Part shown: piece by piece, positions 10,911-21,139 of the stretch
Layout of the letters: every line of letters starts with the position of its first letter
Numbering within the stretch: the first letter of the stretch is position 1
NCBI GenBank assembly: GCA_964427405.1
Contig: CAYRUB010000002.1
Coordinates: forward strand, 68,741-132,740
DNA: 64,000 bases
Origin: an uncultured Planctomycetales bacterium
Lineage (GTDB): Bacteria; Omnitrophota; Gorgyraeia; Gygaellales; Profunditerraquicolaceae
Direction: 5' to 3'
The notes under the pieces: generated by a model
Seen by the model: only the letters and a program-made list of their open reading frames with translations
Told to the model about the DNA's origin: nothing
Database searches by the model: none
Made by a program: the position numbers and the translations under genes

Positions 10911-12272
10911 ATGATGAAGAAAATATCTTACTTTATTTTTATTTTTTGCCTGTTATTTATATCAGCTTGCCAGCGCGAAGGAAAAAGGGGGTACGCGCCT
11001 CCGGCTGTAATTCCTAACACAACAAGAGAGATGAAAAGCCCCGGTTTTTGGATAAGCCGGAATTCTTTCGCAGATAAAGTGGTTTTGGATTCTTCAGCTA
11101 TCGCTTTGTTTAACTCAGAAGTAGAATGTAAGCTTGGGCTTACGGAGGATGTTGCTAAAATTGGCCCGAGTTATTCAGGGGAAGAATTAAGCTCTTTTTT
11201 AGAAAAAGAACTTAAGGGGCTTTTTTTAAATAAACTTTTCGATAAAAATGCAAAGAGAATAAACAACTCTTTTTACCGGGCAATCAGGGAAGAAATTAAT
11301 TTTAGCGCTATACCGGTTGAAATTAATGTGCGTTACGGTTTTATCAGGCATTATGCTGACCAGAGGATTTTGCCAACTGAGGAGGCCTTATTTAGTCAGC
11401 CGGGTGATGTTGAATTTGACGAGCTTCAAAATAGTTCTTTGGATATCGGGACACCTTTAGCAGTTTTACATGAAAGTAAAGACGGTTTATGGATATATGC
11501 GCATTCTCCGGCAAGCCCAGGCTGGGTAAGAAAAGACAGGGTTGTTATTTGTACTTTTGCTGAGCTTAAGAGTTATTTAGAAAAAGAGCCCTTTGTTGTA
11601 GTGACTAATACTAAGGCCGATATTTTCTTAGATCCGGGTTTAACACAATATTTTGATTATGTCAGGATGGGAGTGAGGTTTCCCGTAAAGAAAGATATTA
11701 ATTCTGGAGTAATCCAGATTTCTATCCCTTTTCAAGTAGATGGAGGCAAGTTTAATAAGCGCAATGCCTATATGAGAAAAGAGGATATAAATTCAGGCTA
11801 TTTACTGTATACTCCTCGCAATATTATTCAGCAGGCCTTTAAGCTTCTCAATGCTCCTTATGGCTGGGGAGGCATGAATGGCGAACAGGATTGCTCTAGC
11901 TTTCTCCAGGAGATTTTTTCCACCGTTGGTATATATTTACCAAGGAATTCTCAGGCTCAATGTAAAGTAGGAAAGCAATTAGGGTCATTTACTGAAAAAA
12001 CAAACAGCGCATCAAAACTGCTTATTCTGGATAAATTAGCTATCGGTGGAGCTACGATTTTACAGTTAAAAGGACACGTGCTTTTATATCTTGGGTCATA
12101 TAAAGGTTCTCCTTACGTGATACATGAAACTCATGGCTATAGGCAAAAAAAAGGGTGGAAAGATATCTTGTGCGCAGTAAATCGCGTAGTAGTAAGCGAT
12201 CTTTCTTTGGGGCAAGGGTCAAAAAATGGTTCTTTGCTTGAAAGATTGCTATCTATTTGTAACGTTAATTAA
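10911..12272 (+). CDS. NlpC/P60 (C40) family peptidoglycan peptidase lipoprotein
   Basis: Lipobox FISAC. C-terminal NlpC/P60 core with catalytic Cys in NGEQDCSSF and a downstream His (GHVLLYLG). Confidence 0.65.
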   Translation: MMKKISYFIFIFCLLFISACQREGKRGYAPPAVIPNTTREMKSPGFWISRNSFADKVVLDSSAIALFNSEVECKLGLTEDVAKIGPSYSGEELSSFLEKELKGLFLNKLFDKNAKRINNSFYRAIREEINFSAIPVEINVRYGFIRHYADQRILPTEEALFSQPGDVEFDELQNSSLDIGTPLAVLHESKDGLWIYAHSPASPGWVRKDRVVICTFAELKSYLEKEPFVVVTNTKADIFLDPGLTQYFDYVRMGVRFPVKKDINSGVIQISIPFQVDGGKFNKRNAYMRKEDINSGYLLYTPRNIIQQAFKLLNAPYGWGGMNGEQDCSSFLQEIFSTVGIYLPRNSQAQCKVGKQLGSFTEKTNSASKLLILDKLAIGGATILQLKGHVLLYLGSYKGSPYVIHETHGYRQKKGWKDILCAVNRVVVSDLSLGQGSKNGSLLERLLSICNVN

Positions 12273-12423
12273 TAGTAATAAAAAAGCCGATATTTTCCTA
12301 TAAGCATTGTGCATAAAAAAGAGTTGTTTTTAAGATGCTAAAGTGGGAAAATAATAAAATATTAAGAAAGTTTGGTATAAACGTTGTGATTCTAATGGCA
12401 GTGTAAGGGGAGAGCGAGGCGGA

Positions 12424-12780
12424 ATGCAAGAGAGAAGAAGGTATACAAGAGTTCCTGAAAGCCTGCAGGTAGCTTACGAGATCATACCCGCAGAGACAAT
12501 AAAGGAGTATCTCACAAGGGATATCAGTCAGGGGGGGATAAGATTTTTAACTCATGAGTTTATCCCTAAGGATAGCCGCTTAAGGATCAGGATCACTTTC
12601 CCTGCGACGTTATTCAGCTTTGAGACATTGGTTAAATGTATGTGGATTAGGGAGTTGTCTTATGGCGATGATTTTGAGGTTGGCGTAGAGTTTATAGATT
12701 TGCCATCAGAAATACTGGATTATCTTGTAAGCTACATAAGAGCCTCTTTTAATATCAAAAAAGAAGAGCCGGGTGGTTAA
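12424..12780 (+). CDS. PilZ domain protein (c-di-GMP receptor)
   Basis: RRRYTRV (RxxxR) and DISQGGIRF (DxSxGG) motifs with canonical spacing. Confidence 0.75.
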   Translation: MQERRRYTRVPESLQVAYEIIPAETIKEYLTRDISQGGIRFLTHEFIPKDSRLRIRITFPATLFSFETLVKCMWIRELSYGDDFEVGVEFIDLPSEILDYLVSYIRASFNIKKEEPGG

Positions 12781-13015
12781 GACTTTATCCTGCCCGATTT
12801 CAATATTGGTTTATTTGTTCGCTATAGTAGTCGGTTTAGCGATGTTTCTTGCGCCCGGAGCGATTATTGAGTTCCAGCGAAAGTTCTATGAAAAGATTAA
12901 CTGGCGTGTTGAGCCAATCTCAATGCCTAAAGAAATACGCAATACCAAGTTGATGGGTTTATTCCTGGTTCTTGCAACCTTCCTGGCTGTAATTTATATT
13001 CTCAATTCGCATTAA
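12773..13015 (+). CDS. Small two-TM membrane protein, hypothetical
   Basis: 80-aa ORF with two hydrophobic helices. 8-nt overlap with the PilZ gene suggests co-translation. Confidence 0.35.
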   Translation: MVKTLSCPISILVYLFAIVVGLAMFLAPGAIIEFQRKFYEKINWRVEPISMPKEIRNTKLMGLFLVLATFLAVIYILNSH

Positions 13016-13106
13016 TCTTTAAATGAGCCGATTCTTCAAATTCACATTTTATCACTAAGGCATATCGCTTTATTATGATATTTTAAAATATATGGGTTAG
13101 AAAGGA

Positions 13107-13571
13107 GTGGGAGGTATATTGAAGTGGAAATTTAAGAGGATTGCTGTCCGTCTGCTTAGGCTGAATAATTCTCCCCAGGAGATTGCCTTGGGAGTTGCCA
13201 TAGGCGTTTTTATTGGTATCTTACCGGTTTATGGGTTGCATACCGTATTGGTAGTTATCGCTGCTATTCTGGTCCGTCCGGCAAATAAGATCGCGATTTT
13301 CCTGGGAACCAGTATTTCTTTACCTCCGACAGTCCCTCCCATAACCTGGGCAGGCTATGAAATTGGCAGGTGTATCTTAAATGGAAAATTTGAACCTTTA
13401 AGCTGGTCAGTATTTAAGAATATAACATTCCAGAAGATTTGTAGTTATTATCAGCCGCTTTTTTTAGGTAGCGTAGTACTGGGGATTATCTGCGCGGTAA
13501 TCTTTTACTTCATTACCTTTTTCATAGTAAAGAGGATTAACCTTAAGGCAAAACGTGTCCGGAGAACTTAA
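13107..13571 (+). CDS. DUF2062 family membrane protein
   Basis: The SPQEIALGVAIGVFIGILPVYGLHTVLVVIAAILVRPANKIA pattern is typical of DUF2062, which is often linked to GT2 glycosyltransferases. Confidence 0.55.
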   Translation: MGGILKWKFKRIAVRLLRLNNSPQEIALGVAIGVFIGILPVYGLHTVLVVIAAILVRPANKIAIFLGTSISLPPTVPPITWAGYEIGRCILNGKFEPLSWSVFKNITFQKICSYYQPLFLGSVVLGIICAVIFYFITFFIVKRINLKAKRVRRT

Positions 13572-14217
13572 CGTAAATATCAGGAAGTTTGAAAATAGGG
13601 ATAGAGGCAAGCTCAGGTCAATCAGCCATGATACTGCTTTTATGGGGCAGCCGGCTTCTCTATTTTTTGAAGGCAGAGAAATTATTTGCGATGCCCTTAA
13701 CTCATATTTTACTGATTATGAACCGGAGTCTTGTTTTGTCGCGGAGGTTAATTCGACAGTCGTTGGTTACTTGATTGGCGCAAAAAACAAAATTGCCGCA
13801 GAAAAAGTTTTTCAAGATAAGATAATGTTACGTTTATTTTGGAGGGCGCTAAAAAGCGGCGTTTTTATTAAAAAAAAGAATATTGTCTTTATTTTTAGTT
13901 GTTTGACGGCGTTTCTTAAGGGCGGCTTTTCCACTCCTGATTTTACAAAAGAATACCCAGCCACTTTTCATATCAACATAAAAAACGAATTCCGTGGCCA
14001 AAATATCGGCACGGCCTTAATAAACGCTTACCTGAGTTACCTGAAAGAAAAACTGGTCTCTGGCGTGCATTTAGCGACAATGTCCCGGGCCGGAGCAGAT
14101 TTTTTCTTTAAACAATCATTCCGGTTGCTCTATGAAGGAAAAAGGTCTTATTTTAAACATATTCTGCGCAAAGATGTTCCGCTTTATATTTACGGTAAGA
14201 AATTAGTAAGTTTATAG
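13555..14217 (+). CDS. GNAT family N-acetyltransferase (putative)
   Basis: Acetyl-CoA-binding-like motif RGQNIGTALINAYLSYLKEK (Q/RxxGxG/A). Confidence 0.45.
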   Translation: MSGELNVNIRKFENRDRGKLRSISHDTAFMGQPASLFFEGREIICDALNSYFTDYEPESCFVAEVNSTVVGYLIGAKNKIAAEKVFQDKIMLRLFWRALKSGVFIKKKNIVFIFSCLTAFLKGGFSTPDFTKEYPATFHINIKNEFRGQNIGTALINAYLSYLKEKLVSGVHLATMSRAGADFFFKQSFRLLYEGKRSYFKHILRKDVPLYIYGKKLVSL

Positions 14218-14262
14218 AGTTTTGCTTGAATATACCTTATGCTTATGTTAATTTAACTAATT

Positions 14263-16926
14263 ATGGATAAAACTTTATATAGCTTTACGGATAATTCAGG
14301 AAGTTTTTATTCGGGCTGCGCAGATAAAATCAAGAGCCTGTATTTGCCTCTGGGCAATGATAGCATTATGTCTTCTATCACTCCTGATTTGCATGGGGAT
14401 ATCAAGAGCGGACAAAACTCTTTTCTTTTGGCCCCGGTTTCGCGCATTGATTTAACCAACTTGCGCTCTTCGCGCAACTTCTGGATTTATATTAACCCGC
14501 GTAAAGTATGGTCAGCTACCGGTGTCTCCAAAGATTCCAAACAGATAGGCCAGGATAAATTTAGCTTAGAGGCTGGTTTACTTTGGCAGAAGATAAACCG
14601 TCGGAATAAAACAATAGGTATTAATGCAGAGATCCTTTCTTTTGTGCCGGCTACGGGTGAGCCGGTTGAAATAATGCAAGTCAGGCTTACCAATATTTCC
14701 CGTAACTTAATAAGTTTTATCCCCACAGCGGCTATTCCTATGTATAGCCGCGGCGCCAATAATATACGCGATCATCGCCACGTAACCAGTTTGTTGCAGC
14801 GTGTTAGCTTGCATAAATTTGGGGTAATCTCTAAACCGACATTGGCTTTTGATGAATCCGGCCACCGGAGGAATAAAGATAGCTATTTTGTTTTAAGCTG
14901 GGATGAAAAACTTTCTCCTCCTGAGAGGATCTATCCGACACAGGAGGTTTTTTGTGGAGACTCAGGTGACCTGGAAGAACCAGAGGCGGTATTTAAAAAC
15001 ATCCCTGAGCGGTTAAATAATATTCAGGGCAAGGAGGTCATGGGGGGTTTAAGTTTTAAGAGAGTTTCTCTTAAAACTGGGCAGTCAAAGATATATACGG
15101 TGGCTATGGGGATAGTTCAGGATGCCGGGCAAATTACAAAATTAATTTCTAAATTTAATCATCCGGATAAAATTTCGCATGCCTTGCAAAAAACTAGAAT
15201 ATTCTGGGGAAGCTTGAGTCAGGGGATAAATATTACAACACAGGATAGAGATTTTGATAACTGGTTGCGCTGGGTAAATGCCCAACCGACATTAAGAAGA
15301 ATTTTCGGGTGTTCATTTCTGCCGGATTTTGATTACGGAAAAGGCGGGCGTGGATGGCGCGACCTATGGCAGGATTGCCTGGGGCTAATCCTTAATGAAC
15401 CTGAAAAAGTCAGGCCGTTTTTAGTTAATAATTTCTGCGGAGTAAAGATTGACGGCTCCAATGCTACTATCATCGGAAAGGAGCCCGGAGAATTTATTGC
15501 CGACCGTAACAATATCAGCCGGGTATGGATGGATCATGGTATCTGGCCGCTTTTAACCCTGGATTTATATATTAACGAAACCGGTGACCTGGGTATTTTG
15601 TTTGAGTCGGCAACTTATTTTTACAATCATGAAATAAAACGTACCAAAGATATTGATTATAACTGGACACCTGCTTACGGGAATAAGCTAAAGACTAATT
15701 CCGGAAGGATATATTCAGGTTCTGTTTTAGAGCATCTTTTAGTGCAAAATCTGGTACAGTTCCTTAATGTCGGCAGCCACAATCATATCCGTCTTGAAGG
15801 TGCTGATTGGAATGACGGCCTGGATATGGCAAGGGAAAACGGAGAAAGCGTAGCTTTTAGCGCTATGTACGCGCAAAATCTGGAAACACTTGCTGAACTT
15901 TTGCTTAAAACCGGGAAAAACAAAATAGAGGTTTTCGATGAGATCAAAATATTATTTACTAAGATTAATTACAAAAGCATTCCTTCTAAGCGTAAACTTT
16001 TAGGTAAATATTTTTCTAAAATTTCTACTGTTGTGTCCGGAAAAAAGATCCTTTTAGATGTCGCGCAGATAGCCGCAGATCTTAGGGGTAAGTCTGTTTG
16101 GATGAAACAACACATCCGTGCCTCAGAATGGCTTAAGGAAGGGTTTTTTAATGGTTATTATGATAACCGTAAGAAGCGCCTGGAGGGTAGAAAAGGAAAT
16201 CGTGTGCAAATGACCCTGACTGCCCAGGTTTTTAACGTAATGGCCGGCATTGCCCGGCCTTGGCAGGTGCGCAAAATCCTACAAAGTGTAAATAAATATC
16301 TGTTTGATAAACAAAACCGCAGCATTCATCTTAATACCGATTTTAAACAAGAGCAGCTTGATTTGGGCAGGGCTTTTTCTTTTTCTTATGGGGAAAAGGA
16401 GAATGGGGCAATTTTTAGCCATATGGCAGTGATGTTTAGTTATGCGTTATATAAACAAGGCTATGCTCAAGAGGCCTGGGAAACTTTAAGCTCACTTTAT
16501 AAAATGGCAGTGAATACTTCCAGGAGTAAAGTTTATCCTTGTCTGCCGGAATACTTTAATCTGGAAGGCCGGGGGATGTATTCTTATTTGACCGGTTCAG
16601 CCAGCTGGTTTATGTTAACTATGCTTACCCAGGTTTTTGGAGTCAGGGGGCAGGGCGGAGATTTGGTAATTGAGCCAAAATTAAACGCAGAGCATTTTCG
16701 TAAAAGCAACAGCATAAGCATTGAGCGTATTTTTGCCGGCAGAAGGATAAAAATAAAGTTTATAAATTGCGGAAAGCTTGTTTACGGAAAGTATAAGATT
16801 GCTAAGGTTTTGTTTAATTCAGAAAATCTGCTTGTTGATAAATCCCGCTATTTGATCATTACCCGCCAGGTAATCCTTGCCCTACCGAACAAAAAGTTAA
16901 ATTTAATCGAAGTTCATCTGCGTTAA
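14263..16926 (+). CDS. Large (alpha/alpha)6-barrel glycoside phosphorylase/hydrolase-like protein (GH94/cellobiose-phosphorylase-like)
   Basis: 887 aa. GADWNDGLDM resembles the catalytic DWND region of GH94 phosphorylases. Family assignment is tentative. Confidence 0.4.
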   Translation: MDKTLYSFTDNSGSFYSGCADKIKSLYLPLGNDSIMSSITPDLHGDIKSGQNSFLLAPVSRIDLTNLRSSRNFWIYINPRKVWSATGVSKDSKQIGQDKFSLEAGLLWQKINRRNKTIGINAEILSFVPATGEPVEIMQVRLTNISRNLISFIPTAAIPMYSRGANNIRDHRHVTSLLQRVSLHKFGVISKPTLAFDESGHRRNKDSYFVLSWDEKLSPPERIYPTQEVFCGDSGDLEEPEAVFKNIPERLNNIQGKEVMGGLSFKRVSLKTGQSKIYTVAMGIVQDAGQITKLISKFNHPDKISHALQKTRIFWGSLSQGINITTQDRDFDNWLRWVNAQPTLRRIFGCSFLPDFDYGKGGRGWRDLWQDCLGLILNEPEKVRPFLVNNFCGVKIDGSNATIIGKEPGEFIADRNNISRVWMDHGIWPLLTLDLYINETGDLGILFESATYFYNHEIKRTKDIDYNWTPAYGNKLKTNSGRIYSGSVLEHLLVQNLVQFLNVGSHNHIRLEGADWNDGLDMARENGESVAFSAMYAQNLETLAELLLKTGKNKIEVFDEIKILFTKINYKSIPSKRKLLGKYFSKISTVVSGKKILLDVAQIAADLRGKSVWMKQHIRASEWLKEGFFNGYYDNRKKRLEGRKGNRVQMTLTAQVFNVMAGIARPWQVRKILQSVNKYLFDKQNRSIHLNTDFKQEQLDLGRAFSFSYGEKENGAIFSHMAVMFSYALYKQGYAQEAWETLSSLYKMAVNTSRSKVYPCLPEYFNLEGRGMYSYLTGSASWFMLTMLTQVFGVRGQGGDLVIEPKLNAEHFRKSNSISIERIFAGRRIKIKFINCGKLVYGKYKIAKVLFNSENLLVDKSRYLIITRQVILALPNKKLNLIEVHLR

Positions 16927-17448
16927 TTCCTGCGTTTTTGTGCAGACAAAAAGCTGATTAAATCCAAGCATAAAGGTTTGATAGGTTTCAATCTGGAAAA
17001 GGCCTTTCAGCAAGTTATGCATAGAATTTAGATTGTAATATCTTTGGTGCGGGCCTTCTGTCGTTTCGTAATGGGGATGATATATCTTCATCAGCCACTT
17101 TCCCGCTGACTTCGGGGTAGTTATAATTAATTTACCGTCAGCTTTGATTATACGGTGGCATTCTTTGATAATCTTTTCCGGGCAGCTCAGATGTTCTATG
17201 CAGGCCAGCATTGTTATGCAGTCAATGCTATTGTCTTGCGCAGGGATTGTATCAACCAGGACTTGTCCAGTTTGCCGGTCAAATCCTATGCGGGTCCGGC
17301 AGGGGGATTTTTTTAATAAGTACTTATCGAGCCCGCATCCGATATCAATATGGATTTCTGCGCGGGGAATATAAGGCAAGGCTTTGCGCGTCCTTATTTC
17401 TCTGGTAAGCCAGGTGAAGATATTTAATAATTTTTTATGATTGCCCAT
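16903..17448 (-). CDS. Class I SAM-dependent methyltransferase
   Basis: Motif I HIDIGCGLDKYL, motif post-I, and IIKADGKLIITTP (Methyltransf_11/23-like). Confidence 0.7.
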   Translation of the reverse strand: MGNHKKLLNIFTWLTREIRTRKALPYIPRAEIHIDIGCGLDKYLLKKSPCRTRIGFDRQTGQVLVDTIPAQDNSIDCITMLACIEHLSCPEKIIKECHRIIKADGKLIITTPKSAGKWLMKIYHPHYETTEGPHQRYYNLNSMHNLLKGLFQIETYQTFMLGFNQLFVCTKTQELTQMNFD

Positions 17449-18806
17449 AATCCCTTGAAATCATTTTTAAGTTCAGCAAAGTTTAAATGCCGCAATCTTT
17501 TTGCGATATACGCCGGCCTTAAATAAAATGACCGGGTGGAGTTTTTTATTAAGACAGACAATTCTTTAACTGACATTTTTGTGGTATTCAGCCTGAGTTG
17601 TTCGTATGCGAATGAATAAGGTTGGCCGTTGATGAACCAGTCATTGCGCAGGGCCTCATCATATAGGCAGGAGCCGGGGAACGCGGTAAGGTATGCGCAG
17701 TTAAGATAATCCGGGTCTAATTGTTTTATAAATGCTAAAGTCTGGCGGGCGGTTTCTTTGGTTTCCCCGGGCGCGCCAAAAATAATATTTAAGGTTACCT
17801 GGATCCCTGCTTTCTTTGTTGCCTGGACAGCTCTGGTTGCCTGCTCTAATGTAAAATCCTTTTTAAGATTATTCAGAATTTCCTGGTTGCCTGATTCTAG
17901 CCCATAGGTAATCATTTTGCAGCCAGCCTGCTTCATTAATAAGGCGATTTCTTCGTTGATCATGTCTACCCGTCCATTACAGGACCAGATAAGATTAAAC
18001 CTTTTCTCGATTAAAAGCTTACATAGCGCAATCACATTTTTTTTGTCGATCAAAAAGTCGCTATCTTTAAAAAGAATCTCCTTGATTTTGAATTCTTTGA
18101 CTAACCTGGAGATTTCTGAAATAGTTTTTTGCGGAGACTGCACCCTGTAAACTTTTCCGAACATTTTCTGCACGCCGCAGAAAATACAGTTAAAGGGGCA
18201 CCCGCGGCTGCGGATAAAAGTAACATAAGGTGAGCGCGTTGAGACCATGCTGTTATAACGCGCGATAGGAAGTAAGCCGTAGGCAGGCAAGGGGATAGTG
18301 TCGAGATCCGGTATCAATTCTCTTTTCGGGTTTACAATTATCCGGCCGTTTTTCCTAAACACCAGCCCTTTGATTAAACTGTAATCCTTATCTCTTGATT
18401 CATATGTCTTTAACCATTCAAGAAAAGTGATTTCTCCTTCTCCTGCTACTATTGCATCAAAATTAGTGTCCTTAATCACATCAAGGGGCTGAACTGTAGG
18501 ATGATATCCTCCTGCAATGATAGTAACGTGGGGGAGGACTGTTTTTACAAATCCGGCAGTGTAGTGCGCACTGTCTGATAACAGGCTGGTGAAGCTTATG
18601 CCTACTACGTCGGGTTGAAATTCACGAAGCAGCATGCGCAATGATTGAAAAGGCTTTTTTTCAACGTTAGCATCGAATATGAGCACATTGTGCCCTTGCT
18701 CTAAAGTGACAGCGCTGACAAATGCTATCCCTAGCGGAGGGTATTTTAATCCCTGTTGGATTTTAAGATTGACATTTACCGGAGGGTGTATAAATAATAT
18801 TTTCAT
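17424..18806 (-). CDS. B12-binding radical SAM protein (class B)
   Basis: N-terminal cobalamin-binding Rossmann region (MKILFIHPP...) and the radical SAM CxxxCxxC motif (RGCPFNCIFCGV). Confidence 0.8.
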   Translation of the reverse strand: MKILFIHPPVNVNLKIQQGLKYPPLGIAFVSAVTLEQGHNVLIFDANVEKKPFQSLRMLLREFQPDVVGISFTSLLSDSAHYTAGFVKTVLPHVTIIAGGYHPTVQPLDVIKDTNFDAIVAGEGEITFLEWLKTYESRDKDYSLIKGLVFRKNGRIIVNPKRELIPDLDTIPLPAYGLLPIARYNSMVSTRSPYVTFIRSRGCPFNCIFCGVQKMFGKVYRVQSPQKTISEISRLVKEFKIKEILFKDSDFLIDKKNVIALCKLLIEKRFNLIWSCNGRVDMINEEIALLMKQAGCKMITYGLESGNQEILNNLKKDFTLEQATRAVQATKKAGIQVTLNIIFGAPGETKETARQTLAFIKQLDPDYLNCAYLTAFPGSCLYDEALRNDWFINGQPYSFAYEQLRLNTTKMSVKELSVLIKNSTRSFYLRPAYIAKRLRHLNFAELKNDFKGLWAIIKNY

Positions 18807-18812
18807 AGTCGG

Positions 18813-20228
18813 CTAATGGTTCAGCAGCGTGCTTGCCATATGAACTTGTCTGATCAACTGGGAGACGCTTTTAATTTTAGTTAGTTTACGCATCATGAAT
18901 TTCGGCCGCATGTAGAATTTTTTATTTGTTTCCCGGATAATCTGATCGACCCTTTGTTCAGGCAATTCTTTTGAGGAGAGGCAAGGCGCAGTATTAGTAA
19001 TTTCTCCTGCAAGAAATTTCTCCCAATAATCTGCCGGAATAAGTTTTTGCGAGGCTGCCCAATCAAAGAGTTCGCTTCCCGGTATAAGTATTGTTTTACT
19101 GAGTACCGCAAAATCCGGTTCTATAGCAAATATTAGCGCAATGGTTTTTTTAATAGTCTTTTCGGTTTCTTCGGGGCAGCCGAACATGAAATAGCCGTAG
19201 ATTTCAATACCTGATTCTTTAACAAGGCGGGCGCATTCCAGGGACTGCTTTACGGTAATTCCTTTTTTCAGGATTCTTAATATCGCCTCGTCCCCTGATT
19301 CAAACCCAAAACGGATACGGTAGCAGCCAGATTTTTTCATTATTGCAAGAAGCTCCCGGTCAACCATGTCAACCCGGCTGCGGCACTCCCATATAATTTT
19401 GAGGTTTTTTTCAAGGATTAGATTACAGAATTCAATGGTGCGCCTGCGGTCTATGATAAATTCATCGTCAAAAAACATTATCTCTTTTATGCCATAGTGG
19501 TCTTTTAATTCTCGCATTTCTTCTATAATTCTGCGATTCGAAAAAGAGCGCCATTTATTTCCCATGCGGTTACGCCTGTCGCAATAAATACAACTGTAAG
19601 GGCAGCCCCGGCTGGTGATCATAGTTGCGCATGTGCGTTTTCTCGATAAGGCATCATAATAACGATTAAGCTTTACCAGGTGCCTGGCAGGGTTTGGGAT
19701 AGAATCCAGCGTTTCAATCAAAGGCCTTTGTCCGTTCAAAAATAACTGCTGTTTTTTTCGGTAAATAATTCCAGGTATTTTGCTTGTGTCGCCTTTAAAG
19801 CCAAGTGTCCGCATAAGCTCAATAGTTGTTTTTTCACCTTCGCCAATCACTCCATAATCAAACACGCTGTATTCCATTACCGGCTCGGGTGCTGAAGTGA
19901 TTGCCGCTCCGCCTGCAACTACGCATATAGAAGGAAGGGTATTCTTTGCAAGTTTTGCGATTTCATTAGCCTGGTGAAAAGTCCATGTCATTACGTGGAT
20001 GCACAAGATCTCCGGCTTAAGGCGTAAAAGGGAATGCAGGATCTTGTTTTGAGGATCAGTTTCAATATCAATATCGATTACTTCGACATGGTGGCCTTCT
20101 TGCTCTAATACTGCAGCGATGTAGAGTAACCCTAACGAAGGATAAATTCCCCGGGCTTTTTCAATCCTGTTGTTATAATGCCCCACCTGTTCTCGGGTGA
20201 GGCTTGGGTTGATAAGCAGAATGTTCAT
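18813..20228 (-). CDS. B12-binding radical SAM protein (class B), paralog
   Basis: MNILLINPS B12-binding N-terminus and RGCPYSCIYCD radical SAM motif. Paralogous to the 17424..18806 gene. Confidence 0.8.
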   Translation of the reverse strand: MNILLINPSLTREQVGHYNNRIEKARGIYPSLGLLYIAAVLEQEGHHVEVIDIDIETDPQNKILHSLLRLKPEILCIHVMTWTFHQANEIAKLAKNTLPSICVVAGGAAITSAPEPVMEYSVFDYGVIGEGEKTTIELMRTLGFKGDTSKIPGIIYRKKQQLFLNGQRPLIETLDSIPNPARHLVKLNRYYDALSRKRTCATMITSRGCPYSCIYCDRRNRMGNKWRSFSNRRIIEEMRELKDHYGIKEIMFFDDEFIIDRRRTIEFCNLILEKNLKIIWECRSRVDMVDRELLAIMKKSGCYRIRFGFESGDEAILRILKKGITVKQSLECARLVKESGIEIYGYFMFGCPEETEKTIKKTIALIFAIEPDFAVLSKTILIPGSELFDWAASQKLIPADYWEKFLAGEITNTAPCLSSKELPEQRVDQIIRETNKKFYMRPKFMMRKLTKIKSVSQLIRQVHMASTLLNH

Positions 20229-20242
20229 ATAAAGAGTTTTGT

Positions 20243-21139
20243 TTAGTGTTTTGTTCCCATCATATCAGCAAGCATTCCGAATAGTATGATTTGAATGCCG
20301 CCAATAACCAGGATTGAAATAGTGGCATCGCCAAAGAATCCCTCCCCGGCCAGCATAATTTTAATCCCCAGCGCAACTCCTGCTGCAATTAAAAAGATCC
20401 CCAGGGGGAGGAATACTTTTAGCGGATTGGCGTAGAAAAAGAAGCGGATTATGGTTGGTACCACCTTGATGGGATAGCGCCAGGAAATAAATGATTTTCC
20501 CGTTTCTCTTTTATAAAATACTACGGGAGTTTCAATAATGCGCATGTGCTTGCTGCTTGCATCCATAATTAATTGTTGCGTCTCATTGTAATCTGAGATC
20601 ATTTCAAAATCTTTAAGATAGCGTTTGCTGAAAGCCATAAGCCCTGTCTGGGCATCGGTTATTTTAAAGCCGGTAAGTTTGCTTACCAGATAGCTGAAAA
20701 ATCGATTACCCATTGTGCGATAAAAAGGCATGGTATATTTTAATCCACCGCTAAAGCGGCTGCCGAAGACACAATCTGCTTTGTCTTCAAGTATGGGCTG
20801 TATAAGCTTATCGATGTCATCAGGGTCATGCTGGAAATCAGCGTCGATTTTAACCGCAACATCGGCGCCCATTTCATAAGCCCTTTGCAGGCCGATGCGC
20901 GTAGCGGCGCCTAACCCCCGGTTTTTAATATGCGAGATTATTTTGTTTACTCCGGCCTCTTTGGCAACTTTTGCGGTGTTGTCAGAGGAGCCGTCATCCA
21001 CTACGATAATCTCAACCCAATAGTTTTTATTTTGGGCAATATAATTTTCCTGTATTTTCTTAATAACATTTGCTATTGACGCCTCTTCATTATGTGCGGG
21101 TATCATAATAACTACGTAAGGGTATCTTTCTAATGTCAT
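20243..21139 (-). CDS. GT2 polyprenyl-phosphate sugar transferase (ArnC/DPM1/GtrB-like)
   Basis: GT-A fold with DDGSSDNT and an ED motif, plus two C-terminal TM helices as in ArnC/GtrB. Confidence 0.8.
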   Translation of the reverse strand: MTLERYPYVVIMIPAHNEEASIANVIKKIQENYIAQNKNYWVEIIVVDDGSSDNTAKVAKEAGVNKIISHIKNRGLGAATRIGLQRAYEMGADVAVKIDADFQHDPDDIDKLIQPILEDKADCVFGSRFSGGLKYTMPFYRTMGNRFFSYLVSKLTGFKITDAQTGLMAFSKRYLKDFEMISDYNETQQLIMDASSKHMRIIETPVVFYKRETGKSFISWRYPIKVVPTIIRFFFYANPLKVFLPLGIFLIAAGVALGIKIMLAGEGFFGDATISILVIGGIQIILFGMLADMMGTKH

